IMG/VR virus record: IMGVR_UViG_3300020180_000014
Coordinates: 27,396-91,395 of that record
Source of the DNA: a virus
Reading direction: 5' to 3' (one strand)
DNA: 64,000 bases
Below are positions 1-9,400 of the stretch, one piece after another. How positions within the stretch are numbered: the first letter of the stretch is position 1; the number at the start of each line of letters is the position of its first letter. The notes below the pieces were generated by a model that searched no databases, was not told the origin of the DNA, and saw only the letters and a list, made by a program, of their open reading frames with translations. A program made the translations under genes and the position numbers.

Positions 1-240
1 CGGTCGCTTGTGGCCGCGTCGTTTGCCAGCGAGTGACTTCTTGTGGCGGCTCGGACGACGACGTTCGACTGCCGTGTAGAGGATCAGGAACAGCGACACG
101 AACGTCGAGCTGAGCAAGGCACCCGTGACCAGTCGCTTGTCACGGACGCCTGCGATCGCGAGGCCGGGCATCATCAGCGCCGAGCGCAGCATCCAGTGGC
201 CGATGACCTTCGGCACCGCCCCCGGTTCGCCGTTGAACAT
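1..240 (-). CDS. partial small membrane protein with basic C-terminal region (runs off window start)
   Basis: ATG at 240 on minus strand reads MFNGEPGAVPKVIGHWMLRSALMMPGLAIAG...LLSSTFVSLFLILYTAVERRRPSRHKK; palindrome motif upstream at 328. Confidence 0.55.
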   Translation of the reverse strand, partial: MFNGEPGAVPKVIGHWMLRSALMMPGLAIAGVRDKRLVTGALLSSTFVSLFLILYTAVERRRPSRHKKSLAGKRRGHKRP

Positions 241-349
241 GCCACAGACGGACGCCGAGGATGGGGCAGTAGGACAGCTGCGGATCGCCACGGAGTGAAC
301 GTACCACGCTGTCCTACTGCCCTACCAGATCGCGTGCGCGATCGCCCGA

Positions 350-2722
350 CTACTGTGCGTCGTCGGGCGCGTTCGGGTCGCCCGGCTCAACTTCATGGAT
401 CAGGATGCGCACGCACTCGGCCTTGAACTCGGAGTCAGCGGCCGGAAGCATCACGTCGATGAAGTCTGCCCACCGTTCGGTCTGGAACAGCACAAATGCC
501 GGGATGACCAGTTGGTTCGTCACCACGTGCTCGACGCCCTGCAGGATCGCGTCGATGGTCTTGTCGGCCGTGAGCTTGCCCTCGGCGACACCACGACGTA
601 GACGGTGCACGCTTTCGAGCGCGATGCCGAACACCTCTTCTTCGCTCGGGCCGGTGTGGTTCGGCGGTGCTGGCGGTGCCGGGTACGGATCGATCGGACC
701 CACAGTTGGGACCGGCGTCGCAGCGGTTACAGCTGCAGCGGCATCCGCGTACGGATCGATCGGACCGGTTGTCTTCTTCTTCGCTGCACCGTTGCCGTTG
801 GCAGCCGGTGTTGCACCGTTCAGACCGCCACCCGTGTTGGGCTGCTGCTGAGCGGGCCGTGCCTGCTGTGCCTGCGTGTTCGCGACCGGCGGGGGCGGTG
901 CCCAGCCAGCTGGCGCACGTCCCTGCGCTGCGGCGATGTTCTGCGCGCGGATCGCGACTTCGGCTTGGATGCGCGTCTGATCACGCATCGCCTCGGCGGT
1001 CTTCACCTTGCCCTCGCTGATCACCTGGTCGCGCTTGACTGCGAGGAACCGCTCGGCGACTTCGCTCGCGCGACCGATACCTTCCTGGATCAGGCGCGCA
1101 GCCGGGGGATCGCCGCCGCCACCCGACATGTTCATGATCGTCTCGGCAGCGTTCTTGTACAGGTTGCCGATCTCGCCGACCGACCGGACGAGACCCTGCA
1201 TCATGCCGTCTGCGCCGCCCGCGTTGTCCTTCATGAGCTGCGCCAACTGAACGGGCGAGACCATGAACTGCGACATCTTGCCGTTCGACTCGTTCTGCAT
1301 GCGCGCGATCTCGCGCTGCGTGTCAGCGTTGATACGCGCATTCTCCTTCATCATCTCGACGACTGGATCCTGGCGGTTCGAGAGCGACGCCTGCTGCAGC
1401 TGCTCGAAGCGGCGCTCCGAAGCCTCGCGCGTCTCCTTCATCTCGCGCTGCAGCATCTCGTCGCGACGGATCTGCTCGTAGCGCTCGCGCTCACGCTCAC
1501 GCTCGGACCGCTCCGCTTCGAGACGCCGCTCCTGCTCCTGGCGCTGGCGCTCGAACTCGGAGGCCTGACGCGTCTGCTCCTCGCGAATGCGACGGAACTC
1601 GTCGGTCTCACCTTTCGGCGTCTCGGCCATGCGCGCGAGGTCGGCGCGGAGTTGGAGCATCGACTGCTCGCTCTGCTGGCGAATCGCGAGCAGCTGCTGC
1701 TGCATCAGCTCGCGCTGGGAGTTCTCGTGCTGTGCGCGTGCACGCTCGCGCTCGACTTCACGCTCTTCGCGGAGACGCCGAACCTCATCGTCTTCGTTCT
1801 TGTTGCGACCCTCACCGAGACGCCGGATCTCTTCGCGCATCGCTGCCATCGCCTGCTCGTGCGCGGTCTGGTTCCGTTCGAGTGCCTGCTTGTACTCCAG
1901 CTCCTTGCGATCGAGATCGGCCTGCTGGAGCCGACGCTCCAGCTCCTTCTTCTCCTTGTCGTCGCTGTCGTCGAAGAAGCGTGCGCCACGGCGCGCGTTG
2001 CGATCGTCGTCGTCGTGACTGAAACGCGTGCGGCCACCGTACGGCGGCTGCTGCGGGTAGCCGTAGCCGGGCTGTGGACCGTAGCCGGGTGGCGGGTAGC
2101 CGTTGTACGGCTGCTGCTGCGGGTAGCCCTGCTGCTGCGGGTAGCCCCACGGCTGCGGCCCGGTCGCCCACATCGGCGGCGACTGCGGCTGCTGCATCTG
2201 CGGCGCAGGCTGCTGCGGGATCTGCCCCATCACGGGACCACTGTGCGGCGGGTTGCCGTAGCCGAGTTGCGCGCCACTCGGTGGCCAGCCGGTCTGCTGC
2301 ATGCCGAGCGGCTGAGCGTTCTGCGGGATGTTCATAGGACCGCCGACCTGTTGAACGTTCGTCGCGGCGCCTACGAGCGCGGCTTCCGCCGTGTTCGGCG
2401 GAACCTTCTCGGGGTACATGCGCGGATCCCACACGCCCTGCCAGCGCATCGTCTCGTTCTTCGCGTCGGTGACGGTGAACTCGTAGTAGCCACCGCCCGC
2501 CCACTTCGTGAGGATGAAGTTCTCCAGCTGCAGAACCTCATCACGCGTCCAGTTCGTACCCGGTGGGGAGAAGCCCTGCTGCTCGCTGCCTTTCGCAGGC
2601 AGTTCGATCGGTTGACGCACGTTGCCGCGCATCTTCTCGACGCGAACGGTCAACGGTTCGTGCATCGATTGCAGCTTCACCTGATCGAAGCGCTGCTCCT
2701 TTTCGGACTTGGGCGCGGCCAT
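350..2722 (-). CDS. large hypothetical protein with Pro/Gln-rich low-complexity and coiled-coil regions
   Basis: 790-aa ORF with GGAG RBS, upstream sigma70-type promoter, long E/R/Q heptad-rich central region. Confidence 0.8.
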   Translation of the reverse strand: MAAPKSEKEQRFDQVKLQSMHEPLTVRVEKMRGNVRQPIELPAKGSEQQGFSPPGTNWTRDEVLQLENFILTKWAGGGYYEFTVTDAKNETMRWQGVWDPRMYPEKVPPNTAEAALVGAATNVQQVGGPMNIPQNAQPLGMQQTGWPPSGAQLGYGNPPHSGPVMGQIPQQPAPQMQQPQSPPMWATGPQPWGYPQQQGYPQQQPYNGYPPPGYGPQPGYGYPQQPPYGGRTRFSHDDDDRNARRGARFFDDSDDKEKKELERRLQQADLDRKELEYKQALERNQTAHEQAMAAMREEIRRLGEGRNKNEDDEVRRLREEREVERERARAQHENSQRELMQQQLLAIRQQSEQSMLQLRADLARMAETPKGETDEFRRIREEQTRQASEFERQRQEQERRLEAERSERERERERYEQIRRDEMLQREMKETREASERRFEQLQQASLSNRQDPVVEMMKENARINADTQREIARMQNESNGKMSQFMVSPVQLAQLMKDNAGGADGMMQGLVRSVGEIGNLYKNAAETIMNMSGGGGDPPAARLIQEGIGRASEVAERFLAVKRDQVISEGKVKTAEAMRDQTRIQAEVAIRAQNIAAAQGRAPAGWAPPPPVANTQAQQARPAQQQPNTGGGLNGATPAANGNGAAKKKTTGPIDPYADAAAAVTAATPVPTVGPIDPYPAPPAPPNHTGPSEEEVFGIALESVHRLRRGVAEGKLTADKTIDAILQGVEHVVTNQLVIPAFVLFQTERWADFIDVMLPAADSEFKAECVRILIHEVEPGDPNAPDDAQ

Positions 2723-2802
2723 GTAGAATCTCCTCGGAAGTGGTCGATCGCTCGCGCGATCGAACTCCGATCGCTGACGCGACTCATTGAAAGGTCGAGG
2801 CC

Positions 2803-2831
2803 ACTCTAAGGGTGCGATACGTGGTTGTCAA
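2803..2831 (-). promoter_or_regulatory. sigma70-type promoter TTGACA-17-TAGAGT
   Basis: consensus -35, 17-nt spacer, -10-like hexamer upstream of 350..2722. Confidence 0.6.
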
Positions 2832-2878
2832 CGCGAGGTCACGCAGGGATACGAGGTTCGATCGCATGAGCGATTGAC

Positions 2879-3355
2879 GTGCCTCGCATCGCTGTGTACG
2901 ACAACGATATGGGACTTCCGATCGTTGCGCCCGAGCGTACGTTCACCCGCGCACGTCGCTGCGCCAACTGCACCTCGTTCGAGTGCGGAGCGATGTCGCA
3001 CCAGCAATGGAACGCGCATCGTAAGGCGCGCCAGGACGACTACCTGAAGACGATGCCGATCAGTCGGCTTGCCGACATGGAGAAGCCGGAATGGTCGCCG
3101 AACGAGCAGAAGGATGCACGGCTCCAGCAGCTGATGCAGATGGACCACATGATCGCCCACGGCATGGCCGGGCTGTGCATGAAGGGTGCGCGATCGGCGA
3201 AGGACGGTGGTCCCGAGGGCGACTTCGTTCACGCGGAGTTCCTGTGCGACCGGTGGACGGGTATCGAGGGTGTCGGCGAGATGACTCGCGGTCATGAGGA
3301 CAAGCTCGGCGGTGAACTGCACGAGATCGCGGACGACCGCGCTGAGAAGGTGTAG
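2879..3355 (+). CDS. hypothetical Cys-containing (metal-binding) protein
   Basis: CANC...GLC...LCDRW pattern; coding-like codon bias. Confidence 0.65.
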   Translation: MPRIAVYDNDMGLPIVAPERTFTRARRCANCTSFECGAMSHQQWNAHRKARQDDYLKTMPISRLADMEKPEWSPNEQKDARLQQLMQMDHMIAHGMAGLCMKGARSAKDGGPEGDFVHAEFLCDRWTGIEGVGEMTRGHEDKLGGELHEIADDRAEKV

Positions 3356-3363
3356 GTTCGCGC

Positions 3364-3729
3364 GTGACGTCGCTCGTCCTCTACATGCTCCTGTCGACCG
3401 CGCTGTACTATCTGTTCGCGCGGGCCATGATCACGAAATCGTTGTGGTCGCGCTATCCCGGGTGGCTCGACTACTACACGTCGTGCGCCGCCTGTTCGGG
3501 CTTCCTCTACGGTGGCGCAGTCGCTCTTGCGATCGGATGGACGCAAGATCTGCCGTTTCTAGGCCTGGACGGCCGTTTTTGGGTCACACCCATCGTTGTC
3601 GGGCTGGGATCCATGGTCTGGACCCCCATTTTGGCTGAGATTCACGTACGGGCCCTGTTGCAGCTAGGCGTAGCTGATCCGCAGGGTGATACGGCATCGG
3701 ATCCGGCTGTGGAGAGCACAAATGCCTAA
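3364..3729 (+). CDS. membrane protein with CxxC (DUF1360-like)
   Basis: three hydrophobic segments, TSCAACSGF motif. Confidence 0.65.
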   Translation: MTSLVLYMLLSTALYYLFARAMITKSLWSRYPGWLDYYTSCAACSGFLYGGAVALAIGWTQDLPFLGLDGRFWVTPIVVGLGSMVWTPILAEIHVRALLQLGVADPQGDTASDPAVESTNA

Positions 3730-4183
3730 GCGTCGAGATGAACAGGCCCCGTACTGGCAGCAACTCCGTGTGGCCGAGCGCGGCATCATCGAATATGCGC
3801 TCGAACACGGAATCACCATCCGTGGTACCGCGACCATCCTAGGGATCTCGCCGAATTACCTCGGAGAGCGTCTACGCCTGCTCGGGATCCCCGTCCCGGA
3901 TGTTCGCCCGGGTCCCAAGCCGGGCACCAAGCGGCCCACGACACCCAAGCTACGCGTCGTGGAAGAGACCGCCGTTCCGTCACCCGAGACCCTGGACGAG
4001 GACGAGGACGAGGACACGGCTGAAGCCACGAACGAAGGCGAAGACGACGACGTGCTGGAAGATGAGGCCGAAGAGGGCCAGGAGGACGACGATGAAGAAG
4101 GCGACCCCTGGGACACGGACGAGGCCGACGACGAAGACGACGGCGATGACAAGAACGAAGACGCCAGCGCGCAAGGGAACTAG
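3722..4183 (+). CDS. Fis-type HTH DNA-binding protein with long acidic tail
   Basis: ERGIIEYALEHGITIRGTATILGISPNYLGERLRLLGI resembles the Fis/NtrC C-terminal HTH; D/E-rich C-terminal ~60 aa. Confidence 0.7.
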   Translation: MPKRRDEQAPYWQQLRVAERGIIEYALEHGITIRGTATILGISPNYLGERLRLLGIPVPDVRPGPKPGTKRPTTPKLRVVEETAVPSPETLDEDEDEDTAEATNEGEDDDVLEDEAEEGQEDDDEEGDPWDTDEADDEDDGDDKNEDASAQGN

Positions 4184-4187
4184 CCAG

Positions 4188-4532
4188 GTGCCTCGGCGCC
4201 GGAAGGCGTCCGCGCGTACGTGGCGCCGCCCAGCGGGGGGCCTGCTCAAGCCCGGTGAGGCGATCGTTCTTGTGATCGAACCGCCAATGGGTCCGAACGA
4301 ACAGCCTGTGGCGATTACGCCGAACGCGGGCGACATCGTCCTGCTCGATGCCCAGCCCGATCGTGTGACCGTGCACAACCCGACCGATCGTGTAGTCGCC
4401 TACATGATGTCGGTCGTGCCGAGCGTGTTCGTGAAGGCGGCTACGGTGCCGTGGCGACGTATCGCGGGGGACCTCGGTCACGCGGTGCGCGAGAGCGGGT
4501 TGCTCGATCGATTCGCCCGTCTGCTGCGTTGA
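4188..4532 (+). CDS. hypothetical protein
   Basis: GTG start just after previous stop; in-frame part of ORF 3900..4532. Confidence 0.55.
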   Translation: MPRRRKASARTWRRPAGGLLKPGEAIVLVIEPPMGPNEQPVAITPNAGDIVLLDAQPDRVTVHNPTDRVVAYMMSVVPSVFVKAATVPWRRIAGDLGHAVRESGLLDRFARLLR

Positions 4533-4572
4533 TCGCGCACGCGATCCGATCGCTGCAGTGATCTGGTAGGCT
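4531..4572 (+). promoter_or_regulatory. GATCGC-N4-GCGATC palindrome plus degenerate second copy and TAGGCT -10-like element
   Basis: recurrent intergenic motif upstream of the lysis cassette. Confidence 0.6.
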
Positions 4573-4579
4573 GCAGGCC

Positions 4580-4846
4580 ATGGGTGCACTAACTGATTTT
4601 TGGAGAAGCGAACGCGGCTTTTACGCGCTCGTGCTCGTCATCGCATCGACCGTTCTGACCGCGCTCGGTCAGATGACGATCGACATGTGGAAGGAGTTCA
4701 ACCTCTACATCTTCGGCATCTACGTCACCGGCAAGTCGCTGACTGGTGCTGTCGCGCTGTTCAAGGGCGGTACGTCCGAGCCTGAATCGTCGGCTCCTGC
4801 GCCGGTTCCAGCTCCTGCGCCGACCCCTGAAGCACCGAAGGCGTAA
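4580..4846 (+). CDS. putative holin
   Basis: 88 aa with two TM segments, upstream of endolysin. Confidence 0.55.
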   Translation: MGALTDFWRSERGFYALVLVIASTVLTALGQMTIDMWKEFNLYIFGIYVTGKSLTGAVALFKGGTSEPESSAPAPVPAPAPTPEAPKA

Positions 4847-4849
4847 TCC

Positions 4850-5140
4850 GTGGCGGTGGACGCTCAAGCGCTCATTGACGCGATCCACACAGACGCTCAA
4901 GCCCTGATCGCGGCAATCGACACGATTCGGAAGTTCGCGCGGACGAACACGGATCGACCGCACGACGTGCTGCAGACCGTCGAGGTGATGCTCGCGAGCT
5001 TGCGTGATGCGCTCAACGGCAAGATGACACTCGACATGCTCACAGCGGAACTCGCTGCGCTCGTGGACGTCCACGGACGTGAAGTCTCGAAGCAACCCAC
5101 ACCGATCGACGACAAGTTCGATCCGGAGCGCGATCAATGA
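4850..5140 (+). CDS. hypothetical protein in lysis cassette
   Basis: 96-aa helical ORF overlapping the endolysin start (ATGA). Confidence 0.65.
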   Translation: MAVDAQALIDAIHTDAQALIAAIDTIRKFARTNTDRPHDVLQTVEVMLASLRDALNGKMTLDMLTAELAALVDVHGREVSKQPTPIDDKFDPERDQ

Positions 5141-6135
5141 TTCTTCGTCCAGGTGACAAGGGCCCCGACGTCGAGATGCTGCAGCTCAAGCTGAAGGCGT
5201 GCGGTTACGATCCCGGTGACGTCGACGGCGACTACGGCAAGCTGACGACTGCCGCAGTACTTGCGTTCCAGATCGATCGTCCTGACATCGACGACGACGG
5301 CATCGCCGGTCCACAGACGCTCGGTGCGCTCGACGCAGCCATCGCGAAGCACAAGCGCGACGAGGACACGACGCAGCCGCCGACGCTGTACACGCCGTGC
5401 AATGCACCCACGTGGGCGGCGTTCCAGTTGCTCGTCGAAGCAATCACGAAGAAACCCGTGCGCTACGGACCGGGGCGCGGGTTGTGGCGGAACGATCAGT
5501 TCCTCATCACGTATGGCGCTGGCCAGACGAACGGTACCGTGAAGCAGTGGCCGAACGTCCTCAACCGGACGTATCCGGCGTTCCACTGCACGAGCTTCAC
5601 GAACTTCTTCATGTCGTGGCTGGAGCGTCGCAATCAGGACTTCACGCACGCAGGCAATATCCCATCGCTGTTCGACCTGCTCGAAAGTTCGCCGGACCTG
5701 CACCAAAACCCTGGCGCGGGACCGTGGCGCGGCTTCGGCGACGTGTGCTTCCGCATTCTGCCCGACGGATCCAGCATCCGTCGCATGGGCATCCCGAACA
5801 TCATCGACATCAGGGAGCTGCTCGATCGTCGAGACACGCTCCCGACGTTCCTCGTGTGGGGCCAGTCGACGAAGCTCGCGAACGGCTCGTGGCGGTGGTG
5901 GCACCACACTGGTCTGTTCTGCGTACGCGACCACAAGCTCTTCCGGATCGCCGCCGACGGTACACGTGGACCGAGCGGCTACTCAGCGACGCCGATGCGC
6001 TACATCGAGATCACGACGGCGAACATGTCGCAGTTCTCGAACGTCGCGTACCGCGTGTACGGCGTACGTGCGGCAGCTGACGGCTCATACGGTGATCAGA
6101 GCCAACCGATCGCGCCCATCACGTTCGAGGCGTGA
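5137..6135 (+). CDS. endolysin: N-terminal peptidoglycan-binding domain plus putative Cys/His catalytic domain
   Basis: LRPGDKGPDVEMLQLKL...DGDYGKLTTAAVLAFQ...DGIAGPQT is PG_binding_1; FHCTSF and HHTGL in C-terminal part. Confidence 0.8.
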   Translation: MILRPGDKGPDVEMLQLKLKACGYDPGDVDGDYGKLTTAAVLAFQIDRPDIDDDGIAGPQTLGALDAAIAKHKRDEDTTQPPTLYTPCNAPTWAAFQLLVEAITKKPVRYGPGRGLWRNDQFLITYGAGQTNGTVKQWPNVLNRTYPAFHCTSFTNFFMSWLERRNQDFTHAGNIPSLFDLLESSPDLHQNPGAGPWRGFGDVCFRILPDGSSIRRMGIPNIIDIRELLDRRDTLPTFLVWGQSTKLANGSWRWWHHTGLFCVRDHKLFRIAADGTRGPSGYSATPMRYIEITTANMSQFSNVAYRVYGVRAAADGSYGDQSQPIAPITFEA

Positions 6136-6190
6136 TCGCGCACGCGATCAGCGTCGTGTGCTCGTCGGAGATCGCGTTGCGCGCAAATCG

Positions 6191-6223
6191 CTCTTGACTT
6201 GTCAGGGGCGTGAACGCTAGAAC
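6191..6223 (+). promoter_or_regulatory. sigma70-type promoter CTCTTGACT-18-TAGAAC
   Basis: same CTCTTGAC -35 context as at 11613 and 15397. Confidence 0.55.
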
Positions 6224-6306
6224 GACAGCTGCCCGTACGTGCTGCGTTGTGTCAGCTCGTTACGACTGAAGGCGCGGCGTACAGCCGTGTCCGGCGAGGA
6301 GCTGTC

Positions 6307-8253
6307 ATGGTCAACGTCAACAACCGCGAGAACCTGGGTCCGGCCGAGCGCATCATCGCGTCGGTCCTCACGTACACCGATCACCTCTATCACGGTCGCC
6401 CCGGCGTTGTGGTCGAGGACAAGCGTACCAACATCGGTGTCCGTTGGGAGCCGGTGACGCCGAAGACGGAAGAGATCAACGGCGCCAAGCGCGAGGTCAT
6501 CTACAAGCTGTCGAAGAGCGGCAAGAAGACGCTCAAGACGAAGATCGGCGTGGTCACGCAAGCTGTTGGTACGCATGGCGTGATCAAGCATGTGCGCACG
6601 GACGTGAGCCCAAACCATCCGATCGTCGGTGAGTACCGTGACGCGGGCATCTTCCCCGAAGTCGCAGCGTGGATGTATCGCCAGATCGTCGAGGTCTACA
6701 AGCTCGACAACGAGTTCGCCGCGAAGTGGGCATCGTTCGCGTACGCGCAGGATCACCGTGACCTCAAGGTCGTGCTCGCTGCGTTCATGCTCGTGCAGGC
6801 GCGCCGTGGTGACGCCGTGCTCGACGGCGGTAAGGTCGCGTTCCACGACGATGACTTCCGTGACGTCGGCGAGGCCATGATGCTGATCCGTCGCAAGGAC
6901 GGTAAGGATCTGAACCCGAAGCTGCTGCTCCGCATCCGCGAGGTGCTGATGCTGCCCGAGATTGCAGCGATCAACCTGGAGCTGGGCTTCGGCAAGTCGA
7001 CGCGTCATCCGTTCCTCGGTCGTTGGCCGGAGGTCACGGAGAAGTGGCTGCGCTATCGCGAGGAGAATCGTCCGCTGCTCATCGGTCTCGTCAAGGCCGG
7101 TTTCCGCAAGACGGTCATCCAGCTCGCGCGCCGCGTGCACTACAAGCCGAACACGCAGTGGTTCTTTGAGGAGCTGCGCTGGAAGCAGGTGCAGTCGGAT
7201 ACGGGTCACCGCACGATGGTCGACATCAACATCGTGCAGGCCGAGTCGTGGAACGAGCTGACCGAGGCACAGGTCTGCGAGAAGATCGTCGCCGAGAAGC
7301 CGGACTGGAAGCGCATCACGGGCATGCTGCCGAAGGGCCTCATGACGCGTGCTGTGGTCGCAGCGGCCATCGAGGCGAAGGCGCTCTCGGACCGTGACCT
7401 CGTCATCGCGACGCCGACGCTGGAAGAGCTGGGGCTGCTCGACGTACCGACGATCAAGGCACGTTGGGAGAAGGCGCTCAAGCACGCCGAAGATTCCCGC
7501 GCGGTCAACATCGCGAAGAACGTCCAGTCCAAGGAGGTGAAGGAGAAGCTCGTCGAGGCATCGGACAACGCCATCAAGAAGGCCGTCGAGGAGGTCTCGA
7601 AGAACATCCGCGTCTACTTCTTCGTCGACATCTCGGGCTCGATGAAGTCGTCGATCGAGGCTGCGAAGTTGCACGTCGCGAAGTTTCTCCAGGGCTTTCC
7701 ACCGGACCGCACGCACATCGCCGTGTTCAACACGGTGGGCCGCGAAATCAAGCTCAAGCACGCATCGGCGGTGGGCGTCGCCAACGCGTTCCAGGGTATT
7801 GCTGCGAGCGGTGGCACCGACTATGGCGCGGGCGTGCGCGAGCTGATGCAGTACAAGCCTCTGCCGGAAGAGGATGTGCTGTTCATCTTCGTCGGTGACG
7901 AGGAGGCACACGCGTTCGATCAGCAGGTTGTCGCATCGAGGCTCAACCCGATGGCGTTCGGCTTCGTGAAGACGATCCCGGACAACGGTGCAGCGGCGTA
8001 TCGCCATGGTCTGCACAACGGCGAGAACAACATCGCGGTTCGCGAAACGGCGAACCGTCTGAAGATTCCGTGCTTCATGATCGACGAGAAGACGTTCGAT
8101 GACGCGTACGCGATCCCGCGCACGATCAGGAACCTGATCGCGGCAACGCCCGTCAACATGGCGCGTGTGGCGGCAGTCGCTGCGGCACCGCGTCTGACGT
8201 TTGTCGATCAGATCCTCAAGACGGACCTGCTGAAGAAGCCTGTCTGGGCGTGA
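6307..8253 (+). CDS. vWA-domain protein with large helical N-terminal region (TROVE/Ro60-like architecture)
   Basis: C-terminal MIDAS FVDISGSM...SGGTDY...FVGDEE; ~430-aa basic helical N-terminus; GAGGAG RBS. The TROVE assignment is inferred from architecture only. Confidence 0.7.
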   Translation: MVNVNNRENLGPAERIIASVLTYTDHLYHGRPGVVVEDKRTNIGVRWEPVTPKTEEINGAKREVIYKLSKSGKKTLKTKIGVVTQAVGTHGVIKHVRTDVSPNHPIVGEYRDAGIFPEVAAWMYRQIVEVYKLDNEFAAKWASFAYAQDHRDLKVVLAAFMLVQARRGDAVLDGGKVAFHDDDFRDVGEAMMLIRRKDGKDLNPKLLLRIREVLMLPEIAAINLELGFGKSTRHPFLGRWPEVTEKWLRYREENRPLLIGLVKAGFRKTVIQLARRVHYKPNTQWFFEELRWKQVQSDTGHRTMVDINIVQAESWNELTEAQVCEKIVAEKPDWKRITGMLPKGLMTRAVVAAAIEAKALSDRDLVIATPTLEELGLLDVPTIKARWEKALKHAEDSRAVNIAKNVQSKEVKEKLVEASDNAIKKAVEEVSKNIRVYFFVDISGSMKSSIEAAKLHVAKFLQGFPPDRTHIAVFNTVGREIKLKHASAVGVANAFQGIAASGGTDYGAGVRELMQYKPLPEEDVLFIFVGDEEAHAFDQQVVASRLNPMAFGFVKTIPDNGAAAYRHGLHNGENNIAVRETANRLKIPCFMIDEKTFDDAYAIPRTIRNLIAATPVNMARVAAVAAAPRLTFVDQILKTDLLKKPVWA

Positions 8254-8261
8254 GGTGAACC

Positions 8262-9209
8262 GTGAGCTGGCGAGATCTACTGCACCAGGACGACGAGCGC
8301 ATCGTACTGCCGTGGATCGGTGGTCGCGAGGTGCGGTCGTTCTCGCGCACGTGGACGCTCGTCGGTGACGTACCGGCTGAGCACGGCTGGTACAGCTTCA
8401 CGCTGCTCAAAGGCCGAAGCGTAACACTGCACGCAGTTGCAGAACTGCACGCTGCGACGCTCGGTCAGGTGCACTTCGGTTACCTCGTCGGTGATCACTT
8501 CGCGACTGAGTCTTTCATCGAGCGCGTTGTAATCGATCCAAAGGACGTCGCCAAGCGTCTGCCGCGCGTGCACCTGATCAACGACGACGTCGATCGGTTT
8601 GCACGCGTCAGCATCGGTTCGGTGACGTCCGACGGTCCACTGTTCTTTCGTCAGGTCGAGATGCCGCTGGGTCCCGAGGACGACGTACTGCGTGCGTACG
8701 AGGACCAGGCTGCCGACGTCAACGCCATCAAGGGCGTCACGCCCGCACTCGATGCGGCGTTTCGGATGGCAGCGTGGCAGCGTACGGAGGCTGTTCGTCG
8801 TCGCGCGGAACTCGAACGGCTGCGCGTCGAGGAAGAGGCCAAGCGTGCAGCCGAGGAGCGTCGCCAGAACCTGGTCAAGCAGCTCGGTGACGGTGCCGGG
8901 CGTCGCGAGATGGCGAAGGTCGACTTCGAGGCTGCCGCACGTGCTGCACTTACGGTTGGCGGTGCTGAGCTGCTCGACTGGAACAAGGTACGCAACCGCA
9001 ACGAGTGGGTCGTGCGCTATCGCCTCGATCGTCGTCGGTTCGAGTGCGTCTGCGACGAGCGGCTGCACATCGTCGACGCCGGAATTTGCTTGGTCGATCA
9101 CCGTACCGGTATCAAGGGCGACACGCGCTTCACGTTGGAGTCGCTACCGGCGGTTGTTCGTCAAGCCATGCGCGAGGGCGTGCTGGTTGTTTTCAGGAAC
9201 GTCAACTAG
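8262..9209 (+). CDS. hypothetical protein with coiled-coil linker and putative E2-like C-terminal domain
   Basis: C-terminal LHIVDAGICL resembles the E2 HPNxxxxGxICL catalytic-Cys motif; directly follows the vWA gene. Confidence 0.55.
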   Translation: MSWRDLLHQDDERIVLPWIGGREVRSFSRTWTLVGDVPAEHGWYSFTLLKGRSVTLHAVAELHAATLGQVHFGYLVGDHFATESFIERVVIDPKDVAKRLPRVHLINDDVDRFARVSIGSVTSDGPLFFRQVEMPLGPEDDVLRAYEDQAADVNAIKGVTPALDAAFRMAAWQRTEAVRRRAELERLRVEEEAKRAAEERRQNLVKQLGDGAGRREMAKVDFEAAARAALTVGGAELLDWNKVRNRNEWVVRYRLDRRRFECVCDERLHIVDAGICLVDHRTGIKGDTRFTLESLPAVVRQAMREGVLVVFRNVN

Positions 9210-9216
9210 GAGTGTT

Positions 9217-9396
9217 ATGGCGAAGAAGATCGAAGGTACGTTTCACATCTGCACACGCGATCAGGCTGGGCGGTACTGCATCAAGGGCGAAGGGCGTGTC
9301 GACGAGCACAACAAAGTCGACGTCGAGATCATCGTGCACGATCACGAAGCGACGAAGCCGTACACGGGACGCAAGTTCACACTCATCATCGAATAG
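9217..9396 (+). CDS. small hypothetical protein
   Basis: AGGAG RBS then MAKKIEGTF... Confidence 0.6.
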   Translation: MAKKIEGTFHICTRDQAGRYCIKGEGRVDEHNKVDVEIIVHDHEATKPYTGRKFTLIIE

Positions 9397-9400
9397 CACT

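Noticed and set aside
605-2809. 734-aa plus-strand ORF and other long antisense ORFs (e.g. 6217..8016, 53754..55268, 61170..62312)
   Set aside because: Shadow frames of real genes on the opposite strand, expected at high GC; no motifs or RBS
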